A DNA stretch of 61,361 bases, counting the filler. It is 3 parts of 3 records of this genome, joined end to end, with 100 filler letters (N's around TTAATTAATTAA, not from the genome) between each part and the next. Parts side by side here need not be neighbours in the genome. Positions count along the whole stretch, not along the records: positions 33,914 to 61,361 come from SRR20825019_519; 2 more parts are not named here. One strand, given 5' to 3'. Shown piece after piece: positions 54,100-61,361 of the stretch (position 1 is its first letter; each line of letters begins with the position of its first letter). Under the pieces are notes generated by a model. That model was given only the letters and a program-made list of their open reading frames with translations. It searched no databases and was not told the origin of the DNA. The position numbers and the translations under genes are program-made.

Positions 54100-55534
54100 A
54101 AAAATATTGATTGCCAATCGTGGTGAAATAGCATTACGGATAATGAAAACTGCCCGAAATATGGGGCTTAAGACAGTTGCTGTATATTCTGAAGCTGATA
54201 GAAATGCACCACATGTAAAATTTGCAGATGAGGCTGTATGTCTCGGACCACCACCTTCAAACGAATCTTATTTACTTGGGGATAAAATTATAAAAGTTGC
54301 TAAGCAATTGAACGTGGATGCCATTCATCCTGGTTATGGATTTTTAAGTGAAAACGCCGATTTTGGGGAACAGGTTGAAAAAAGTGGAATGACTTTTATT
54401 GGTCCAAAATCGTATGCCATCCGTGTTATGGGAAGTAAACTTGCGGCTAAAGATGCGGTAAAAAAATACGATATTCCGATGGTTCCTGGAACCGATGAAG
54501 CCATAACAGATGTAGGTGCAGCAAAGGAAATTGCCAAAGAAATAGGTTTCCCGATTTTAATAAAAGCCTCTGCTGGAGGTGGTGGAAAAGGAATGCGTAT
54601 TGTTGAAAACGCCAACGAATTTGAAGACCAAATGAAACGCGCAATCAGTGAAGCAGAAAATGCTTTTGGTGACGGTTCAGTGTTTATTGAAAAATTTGTA
54701 AGCTGTCCAAGACATATTGAAATTCAGGTTTTGGCAGATAATTTTGGGAATACCGTTTATCTTTTTGAAAGAGAATGTAGCATTCAACGACGTCATCAAA
54801 AAGTAGTTGAGGAAGCACCTTCCGCTGTTTTAACACCTGAATTACGTAAACAAATGGGCGAAGCAGCTGTAAAAGTTGCAAAAGCTTGTGATTATGTAGG
54901 CGCGGGAACAGTAGAGTTTCTTTTGGACGAAAAGCACAATTTTTATTTCCTAGAAATGAATACGCGCTTGCAAGTGGAACATCCGGTGACTGAAATGATA
55001 ACGGGTCTCGATTTGGTGGAGCAGCAGATAAATGTTGCAAACAATGAAAAACTTTCCTTCACTCAGGAAGATTTAAAAATTACAGGACATTCTTTTGAGC
55101 TTCGTGTATATGCTGAAGATCCGCTAAACAATTTTATGCCAAGCGTTGGAACATTAGAAGTATATCGTGCTCCAAGTGGGAAAAATATTCGGGTGGACGA
55201 TGGATTTACTGAAGGAATGGAAGTGCCAATTCAGTACGACCCGATGCTTTCAAAATTGATAACTTACGGAAAAAGCAGAAATGAAGCAATGCAACGTATG
55301 CTAGAAGCCATTGCTGAATATGAAATTGAAGGTGTAAGCACTACGCTTCCTTTTGGGAAATTTGTGTTTGAGCATGAAACTTTCCGAAGTGGAAATTTTG
55401 ATACCAACTTTGTAAAGAAGTATTATTCCGAAGAAAAATTAAAAGCAATCAATGAAGAAGAAGCTAAGTTAGCAGCGCTTTTCGCATTGAAAGAATATTT
55501 AAAAGATTCCGAAAAACTACGATTACCAAAATAA
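54092..55534 (+). CDS. accC: Biotin carboxylase subunit of acyl-CoA carboxylase
   Basis: [25 protein letters not shown] and [11 protein letters not shown] motifs. Confidence 0.9.
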   Translation: MIKKILIANRGEIALRIMKTARNMGLKTVAVYSEADRNAPHVKFADEAVCLGPPPSNESYLLGDKIIKVAKQLNVDAIHPGYGFLSENADFGEQVEKSGMTFIGPKSYAIRVMGSKLAAKDAVKKYDIPMVPGTDEAITDVGAAKEIAKEIGFPILIKASAGGGGKGMRIVENANEFEDQMKRAISEAENAFGDGSVFIEKFVSCPRHIEIQVLADNFGNTVYLFERECSIQRRHQKVVEEAPSAVLTPELRKQMGEAAVKVAKACDYVGAGTVEFLLDEKHNFYFLEMNTRLQVEHPVTEMITGLDLVEQQINVANNEKLSFTQEDLKITGHSFELRVYAEDPLNNFMPSVGTLEVYRAPSGKNIRVDDGFTEGMEVPIQYDPMLSKLITYGKSRNEAMQRMLEAIAEYEIEGVSTTLPFGKFVFEHETFRSGNFDTNFVKKYYSEEKLKAINEEEAKLAALFALKEYLKDSEKLRLPK

Positions 55535-55614
55535 AACCTTCGTGTTCACTCTGTCTCCGTGGTGAAAAAGCAACCACAGCGACACAGAAACACATAGAAA
55601 AAGCATATACTAAT

Positions 55615-57156
55615 ATGACCGATACAAATAAAAAACTGCAAGAAATAATTTCCGAAGCAAAAAAAGGCGGAGGTGAAAAACGAATTGCAAAACAACACGA
55701 AAAGAAAAAACTTACTGCCCGCGAGCGTGTGGAATATTTACTAGATGAAGGTTCTTTTGAAGAAATGGGAATCTTGGTTACACACCGCACCACCGATTTT
55801 AATATGCAAGACGAAGTGTATTATGGCGATGGCGTGGTTACAGGTTATGGAACAATAAATGGGCGCTTGGTATACATTTTTGCACAAGATTTTACTGTTT
55901 TTGGTGGCGCACTTTCAGAAACTCACGCCGAAAAAATATGTAAAATTATGGATCACGCAGTACGTGTTGGCGCGCCAGTAATTGGGTTAAACGACTCTGG
56001 TGGGGCACGTATACAAGAAGGCGTGCGCTCTTTGGGTGGTTATGCAGATATTTTTTATAGAAATGTACAAGCTTCAGGCGTAGTTCCACAGATTTCAGCA
56101 ATTATGGGGCCTTGTGCTGGTGGAGCAGTTTATTCTCCAGCGATGACCGATTTTACCTTGATGGTGCAAGACAGTAGTTATATGTTTGTTACGGGGCCAA
56201 ATGTGGTAAAAACAGTTACTAATGAAAATGTAACTTCAGAAGAATTGGGTGGTGCACGAACCCACGCTACTAAAAGTGGTGTAACACATTTTACGGCTTC
56301 AAATGATATTGTTTGTTTAGAACAAATTAAAACATTGTTGAGTTATCTGCCTCAGAATAACAAGTCTGTACCTGAGAAACTTCCTTTTGAAGCAAAAGAT
56401 GAATTTCGTGATGCATTGGAAACTATTATTCCAGATTCTGCCAACAAACCCTATGATATGCACGAAGTTATAAAGGGAATTATTGATAAAAATTCCTTTT
56501 TTGAAGTGCATAAAGATTATGCCGATAATATTATTGTTGGTTTTGCTCGTTTGGGTGGAAGAAGTATTGGAATTGTTGCAAATCAACCCATGAGTTTGGC
56601 TGGAGTTTTGGATGTTGATAGTTCAAAAAAAGCGGCACGTTTCACACGTTTTTGCGATTGTTTTAATATACCACTTTTGGTATTAGTTGATGTTCCAGGG
56701 TTTTTGCCAGGAACCGATCAAGAATGGAATGGAATTATTTTGAATGGCGCAAAATTGCTCTATGCCCTAAGTGAAGCAACTGTGCCACGCGTTACCGTAA
56801 TTACCCGAAAAGCATATGGTGGTGCTTACGATGTTATGAATAGCAAGCACATTGGCGCAGATATTAATTATGCTTGGCCTACTGCCGAAATAGCAGTTAT
56901 GGGAGCGAAGGGAGCAAGTGAAATTATTTTTAGAAAAGAAATTGCAGCAGCAGCAGATTCAGCACTAAAACTTTCAGAAAAAGAAGCAGAATATGCTGAA
57001 AAATTTGCCAATCCCTTTAAAGCAGCACAACGTGGATTTATAGATGAAGTTATTCAACCGCGGGAAACAAGGAGGAAACTAATAAAAGCATTTACGATGC
57101 TAGAAACGAAAGATGTTTTAAGGCCGAACCGAAAGCATGGAAATATTCCGTTGTAA
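55615..57156 (+). CDS. pccB: Propionyl/acyl-CoA carboxylase beta subunit
   Basis: [30 protein letters not shown] and KHGNIPL motifs. Confidence 0.92.
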   Translation: MTDTNKKLQEIISEAKKGGGEKRIAKQHEKKKLTARERVEYLLDEGSFEEMGILVTHRTTDFNMQDEVYYGDGVVTGYGTINGRLVYIFAQDFTVFGGALSETHAEKICKIMDHAVRVGAPVIGLNDSGGARIQEGVRSLGGYADIFYRNVQASGVVPQISAIMGPCAGGAVYSPAMTDFTLMVQDSSYMFVTGPNVVKTVTNENVTSEELGGARTHATKSGVTHFTASNDIVCLEQIKTLLSYLPQNNKSVPEKLPFEAKDEFRDALETIIPDSANKPYDMHEVIKGIIDKNSFFEVHKDYADNIIVGFARLGGRSIGIVANQPMSLAGVLDVDSSKKAARFTRFCDCFNIPLLVLVDVPGFLPGTDQEWNGIILNGAKLLYALSEATVPRVTVITRKAYGGAYDVMNSKHIGADINYAWPTAEIAVMGAKGASEIIFRKEIAAAADSALKLSEKEAEYAEKFANPFKAAQRGFIDEVIQPRETRRKLIKAFTMLETKDVLRPNRKHGNIPL

Positions 57157-57161
57157 AAAAG

Positions 57162-57962
57162 CTAGCCGTAAAATTCTTTGAAAATGATGTAAATACCCAT
57201 TAATAGCACAAACCAGCCAAATGCTTTTTTAAGTTTTTTGCCATCAATAAAATTGTTGAGCCAAATACCTATAAAAATACCTGCTACGGATAGCGCAGTA
57301 AATTTCAATAGAAAATTCCATTGAATTGTTAAGGTTTCAACGTCGCCAATAAAACCAATTAAGGAGTTAATTGCAATGATAAGCAGCGAAGTAGCAACTG
57401 CTTTTTTCATGGGTAATTTCGCTAAAAGCACCAAAGCAGGAATAATTAAAAAACCACCTCCAGCACCAACTGAACCGGTTACGAAGCCAAGTATAATTGC
57501 TTGAATAATAATTATTGGGTAGTTATAGGAAATTGGGGCATCTACTTCAGGCTCTGGTCTTTTATTACGGATCATTGTTATGGATGCTAAAAGCATCACA
57601 ATAGCAAAGAAAATCATAATACCAATGCTTTTTGTTACCACAAAATTATTGATTGTGAATAATTCATTAGGCACGGCAGGAATTATAAAGCGCCTTGTTA
57701 AATACACTGAAATAAATGCAGGAGTAGCAAAAATAAACGCGGTTTTAAAATCCACACGTTTTTTTGGAATATTTCTAATGGCACCCACTAATGCGGCAGT
57801 TCCCACAACAAAAAGGGAATAAGCAGTTGCGACAACAGGGTTTAGCGAAAATAGATAAACCATTACTGGAACAGTTAAAATAGAGCCGCCACCACCTATT
57901 AAACCTAACACGACGCCAACAAAAAGTGCGCCTATGAATCCTAAAATTTCAATAGATTCCAA
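57162..57962 (-). CDS. TauE/SafE sulfite exporter family
   Basis: LGLIGGGGSILTVP, GAGGGFLIIPAL and AVATSL motifs. Confidence 0.9.
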   Translation of the reverse strand: MESIEILGFIGALFVGVVLGLIGGGGSILTVPVMVYLFSLNPVVATAYSLFVVGTAALVGAIRNIPKKRVDFKTAFIFATPAFISVYLTRRFIIPAVPNELFTINNFVVTKSIGIMIFFAIVMLLASITMIRNKRPEPEVDAPISYNYPIIIIQAIILGFVTGSVGAGGGFLIIPALVLLAKLPMKKAVATSLLIIAINSLIGFIGDVETLTIQWNFLLKFTALSVAGIFIGIWLNNFIDGKKLKKAFGWFVLLMGIYIIFKEFYG

Positions 57963-58213
57963 TTGTCATCGTTTTTTTTGAATTAAATTCTTTACAAGAA
58001 TAATCATTAAATTAAGGAACTGGAAATTCAAAGTAGCAAAATATTAGCGCGACAGTAAATTTGTATCAAGAAGCTGTTAAGTTATTTTGGGTTTGGATGT
58101 TTTCATTTAGTACTTTTGAACCAAGACGTGATTGGTTTTTAGGTGAAAAATTACGCTTTTATAGGAATGTTATACTGATTTACAACACTGACCACTTAGC
58201 AATAAATTAAAAT

Positions 58214-59335
58214 ATGGGAGAATTTTTTGAAACATATCGTCCGCAGCTTATTTACGCGCTTATTGTAGTGCTTTCAGTTGTTTTGTTACGGTTTTTAACC
58301 AATTTGCTACATAAATGGTTGCTCAAACAAGAGCTGAAAAAATATCCAAACGAAAAGCCTAAAGCAGTAAATTGGGTAAAACGAATTTTGAATGCCCTTT
58401 GGTTGGTTTTAGGTGTTATAGCTTTAAGTTTTCTAATTGTAAATGAAGAAAAATATGACATACTAAAGCATAATTTTAAATTAATACTTTATCTGGGAAT
58501 ACTTTCAATTGTAACAATTGTTGGTGCTGCTTCGGCAAATTTATGGTTTCGAGTGAGCATAAAACGAAAAATTCAAAATTCTGAAGACCCTACAAGTTTT
58601 AAGTTTTTACGTTATATCGCTGTTTTTGGAATTTACATAACAGGTATTCTTTTTGCACTTTTGGCATTTCCTTCGTTGGAAGGTATCGCAAAAACAGCAC
58701 TCGGCGGAGCAGGGGTAATTGCTTTAATTGCAGGTGTTGCTTCACAGGAAGCCTTGTCAAATCTGGTTGGTGGTGTGTTTATTATTTCATTTAAACCTTT
58801 TATTATTGGCGATGTTATAAAAGTAACTGATACTATGGTAGGGACGGTTGTAGATATCACACTTCGGCATACGGTAATTAGAAATTTTGAAAATAAAATG
58901 ATAGTTATTCCGAATGCGATTATCAATAAAGAAAAACTGGTTAATTACAACCTTGGGGAATTAAAAATCTGTGAACGTATAGAAATAGGTGTTGCTTATG
59001 ATAGCGATATAGCTCTTGCAAAAAAAATTATGCAAGAAGAAGCTGAAAAGCATCCATTAATTTTAGATAATCGTTCTGCTACTGATATTTTAAATGGACA
59101 TCCAGTGGTTCGCGTTTCCGTTACGTCATTAAATGACTCTTCCGTTACGATTCGTGCTTGGACATGGGCACGAAATTATTCAGAAGCTTTTGATATGCGC
59201 TGCGACTTATTGGAAGCTATTAAAAAACGATTTGATAATGAAGGAATAGAAATTCCATTTCCATATAGAACGGTGGTGTTAAAAAAAGAAAAAGAACCCC
59301 AGAAAAACTACGTTGATAGAGAAACTTCTTCTTAA
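58214..59335 (+). CDS. Mechanosensitive channel, MscS family
   Basis: ASQEALSNLVGG, KPFIIGD, IPNA and GIEIPFP motifs; TACTTTTG -7 element at 58111-58118. Confidence 0.9.
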   Translation: MGEFFETYRPQLIYALIVVLSVVLLRFLTNLLHKWLLKQELKKYPNEKPKAVNWVKRILNALWLVLGVIALSFLIVNEEKYDILKHNFKLILYLGILSIVTIVGAASANLWFRVSIKRKIQNSEDPTSFKFLRYIAVFGIYITGILFALLAFPSLEGIAKTALGGAGVIALIAGVASQEALSNLVGGVFIISFKPFIIGDVIKVTDTMVGTVVDITLRHTVIRNFENKMIVIPNAIINKEKLVNYNLGELKICERIEIGVAYDSDIALAKKIMQEEAEKHPLILDNRSATDILNGHPVVRVSVTSLNDSSVTIRAWTWARNYSEAFDMRCDLLEAIKKRFDNEGIEIPFPYRTVVLKKEKEPQKNYVDRETSS

Positions 59336-59338
59336 TAA

Positions 59339-59370
59339 AAAAAGTGATTCAATTTTATGAATCACTTTTT
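59339..59370. terminator. Bidirectional intrinsic terminator
   Basis: AAAAAGTGATTCA-ATTTTA-TGAATCACTTTTT. Confidence 0.75.
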
Positions 59371-59376
59371 ATTTAT

Positions 59377-59393
59377 GTCGGGATGACAAGATT
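59377..59393 (-). mobile_element. Displaced 3' fragment of tRNA-Pro (att scar, left edge of a genomic island)
   Basis: The minus strand reads AATCTTGTCATCCCGAC, one mismatch from the recalled Bacteroidota tRNA-Pro 3' end AATCCTGTCATCCCGAC. The rest of the tRNA is absent and AT-rich DNA follows. Confidence 0.65.
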
Positions 59394-59797
59394 ATTTATA
59401 TAAACATAAATAACTGGTCGTCAATATTTTACACTGTTTTATTTAATTGATTAACCGAATTCTAAACCTAGTTCAAATTAGAGCAAATATTGGCAAATAT
59501 TATACGTCTTTCTATTTTGTAAATATATAAAATTATTAATTAGAATTTTTGTTCTTAGTGAAGTTTTCACTTTTGTAAAATAGGAATTGTCAAAAATTTT
59601 TGAGATGTATGTTTAAAGTAGTTGAGAAGCATATACTAGTTTATATACACCGAATAAATCACTTCATTTGAAATTAAAATAAAATCCTACTTTTAAATAG
59701 TTTGATTTTAGGGGAAGCTTCCAATTCAATTGAGAAATAGTATTGGTTTTATTGCAGAAAATTTTATTTAAAAATCGCATTTTTATTTTTTAAGGTG

Positions 59798-59927
59798 TGG
59801 CAACGGTTTGGCAAAGGACGGTTGCTGAATTTAAACAAAACTTCCCAAGTAAAAAACTGCGCAAGAAAATCCGAAGGATTCTTGTAGTCTGCGAAAATCC
59901 AGCAATTGTTTATAGGCATTGTTGTGC
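59798..59927 (-). mobile_element. attC-like cassette recombination site A (130 bp)
   Basis: Minus strand GCACAAC...GTTGCCA, inner arms AATTGCTGGATTT / AAATTCAGCAACC, central AATCC-TTC-GGATT hairpin; starts 9 nt after the stop codon of 59937..60200. Confidence 0.6.
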
Positions 59928-59936
59928 TTTCGTGTT

Positions 59937-60200
59937 TTACTTCGCAGTTATCATTGAATGAATCTCGTTTGCAATTGCAAGACTTTTTTCATTGTCAACG
60001 TTAATACCAAAGGCTTGTTCCAAAACGGAATTTATCATTTTTGATATTTGCTCCACGGAATTTTTTTTATTTATATGGAAGAGAATGTCGGTCGCCTCGG
60101 TTTCATAATTATCCAAATCACTTATTTGACTAGCCCTGTCGCCAAGCGGATTCCATTCGCTCAGAATATCTTTTAATCTTTCAATATGTTTTTTGTTCAT
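59937..60200 (-). CDS. Small cassette protein, DUF1871/YugE-like
   Basis: ILSEWNPLG...DNYETEATDI resembles the W(D/N)P.G...DEY..E motif; ATGA overlap with the upstream gene. Confidence 0.6.
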   Translation of the reverse strand: MNKKHIERLKDILSEWNPLGDRASQISDLDNYETEATDILFHINKKNSVEQISKMINSVLEQAFGINVDNEKSLAIANEIHSMITAK

Positions 60201-60454
60201 TTTATGCTAGATATAAATTGAGACCTTGTTTTGCCGTTATTCTTAAGTCCGTTTTCTTGGCAATATTTATCAAGTTTTATTAAATCTACTTCTACATCAT
60301 TAACCTTAAATCCATTATCCAAGAGTTCTTTTTTAGTTCTAAGATATGATTTGTGCCATTCCTCCCACGTGTCGAACATACTGTCTCTGTCGTCAATAAT
60401 TGCCAGGAACTTTTTCCAATCTTCATTTCTATAAAAAGCAAGATTTATCTCCAT
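60197..60454 (-). CDS. Uncharacterised 85-aa cassette protein
   Basis: MEINLAFYRNEDWKKF...TWEEW...YCQENGL..NGKTRSQF. The start is reset to ATG 60454 because the longer ORF runs into the attC-like site. Confidence 0.7.
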   Translation of the reverse strand: MEINLAFYRNEDWKKFLAIIDDRDSMFDTWEEWHKSYLRTKKELLDNGFKVNDVEVDLIKLDKYCQENGLKNNGKTRSQFISSIK

Positions 60455-60480
60455 TTTTTTCAGTTTCACAACATCAAGCG

Positions 60481-60614
60481 CAACAACGTTGATGTATAAG
60501 ATTAGTGGCGTGATTAAGCACCTAATTTTAGTAAACAGATACTTGCCAGAGAAAATTCCGCAGGAATTTTCCAAGTAGGCTAAAACTAGCCATTAATTTT
60601 ATACGGTGTTGCCA
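60481..60614 (-). mobile_element. attC-like cassette recombination site B (134 bp)
   Basis: Minus strand TGGCAAC...GTTGTTG; inner arms 60494-60509 and 60589-60604 are complementary at 14/16; perfect GAAAATTCC-GCA-GGAATTTTC hairpin at 60551-60571. Confidence 0.65.
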
Positions 60615-60655
60615 ACCGTTTTTTATTTTAACTTTAACATTTTGAAATTCAGATT

Positions 60656-61204
60656 ATGAAAAACAAATTAAATACTAAACTTTTAGATAAATTAAGCATT
60701 GAAAATTTGCAAATCGTAAAATCCGAAGCAGAATTAAATCTTGAAGATTTATCAAGTTCGGAAGATATTATTACAAATAAATCAAATACACTTTTTCAAG
60801 TCCTCGTTGTTATTTTCACAACAATTGTCGGCTATTTGGTCAGTCAGATTAGTTCTTTTGATATAAAGTCAATCTTAATTCAAATCAGCATTGTTTTATG
60901 TGTTGTTATTGGATTTGTATTATTTTTATTGATAAAAGTTATTTATCCAAATAAAGTCGCTCTAAATGGTGCTTCTCCAAACAATTTAATTCAAGATTTT
61001 CTTTTTAATAAGAAATCCGATAAAAGTCAGACAAAGCAAATTTTAAGGAATAGAGTATATTCATTAAATATTGCCATTGAAAGTAATAAAGAAAATTTAA
61101 AAAATCGTGTTCGACTTTTTGATTGGGCAAATAAATCAATTCTTATCGGACTGATAATCGTATTAATTTATTCGGCAATTTATTTCTTTACAATTCCGTC
61201 TTGA
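60656..61204 (+). CDS. Three-TM protein with Pycsar-effector (PycTM/DUF5706)-like topology
   Basis: Helix ending ITNKS, a TM hairpin ending in YP, a soluble loop, helix N..NLKNRV..F..A, then a C-terminal TM. Confidence 0.55.
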   Translation: MKNKLNTKLLDKLSIENLQIVKSEAELNLEDLSSSEDIITNKSNTLFQVLVVIFTTIVGYLVSQISSFDIKSILIQISIVLCVVIGFVLFLLIKVIYPNKVALNGASPNNLIQDFLFNKKSDKSQTKQILRNRVYSLNIAIESNKENLKNRVRLFDWANKSILIGLIIVLIYSAIYFFTIPS

Positions 61205-61323
61205 TTTTCAGTTCTTTCAACATATGTGTTCGTATCACGATATGGTGTTGAATTTTCTGAATTACTATTTGAATCCGATTGATTTGATGATGAATTGTTG
61301 TTGTCTTCGTTTTTATCACTCAT
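61180..61323 (-). CDS. Unannotated 47-aa Asn/Ser-rich peptide, convergent with and overlapping the 3-TM gene
   Basis: MSDKNEDNNNSSSNQSDSNSNSENSTPYRDTNTYVERTENQDGIVKK*; A-rich region upstream; shorter than any ORF in the supplied track. Confidence 0.45.
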   Translation of the reverse strand: MSDKNEDNNNSSSNQSDSNSNSENSTPYRDTNTYVERTENQDGIVKK

Positions 61324-61361
61324 AATGTTTGTTTTTAATCTCATCGTTTTTACTCATACCT

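Noticed and set aside
59377-59450. Intact tRNA gene
   Set aside because: Only 17 nt of the 3' end match; there is no anticodon arm or D arm.
60455-60574. N-terminal 40 aa of ORF 60197..60574
   Set aside because: This is a translation of the attC-like element; ATG 60454 after an A-rich tract is the better start.
59798-60614. The two palindromic elements as CRISPR repeats or IS ends
   Set aside because: They are about 130 bp, non-identical, in direct orientation and separated by genes; there is no cas gene or transposase in the window.

Overview
This window is not one genome. It is three unrelated contigs joined by artificial 100-nt spacers (44 N + TTAATTAATTAA + 44 N) at 18812-18911 and 33814-33913. 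Contig 1 (1-18811) is a gene-dense eukaryote, probably a motile flagellated protist. It has seven spliced genes (DRC7-like, MORN2-like, CCDC142-like, CCDC151/ODAD3, sarcosine/dimethylglycine dehydrogenase, FKBP25-like, ankyrin-repeat). They alternate strictly in strand, the introns are mostly 52-58 nt, and the divergent spacers are GC-rich. Contig 2 (18912-33813) is a Flavobacteriaceae chromosome piece (GH29, retropepsin-like, AraC-ygiD, amidohydrolase, rpmE2, GT2, pgm, MsbA-like ABC) with period-7 repeats at both ends. Contig 3 (33914-61361) is a more AT-rich Flavobacteriaceae piece of mostly housekeeping genes (cobB, trmH, rdgB, deaD, parAB-dapB-lepB, acyl-CoA carboxylase, MscS). The most interesting signal is in the last 2 kb. 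A displaced tRNA-Pro 3' fragment (att scar) marks an island edge. Beyond it, two ~130-bp integron attC-like palindromic elements with cross-complementary core boxes bracket small uncharacterised gene cassettes, one carrying a Pycsar-effector-like 3-TM gene opposed by an unannotated 47-aa peptide ORF. No integrase lies in the window. All family calls come from recalled motifs; no database searches were run.
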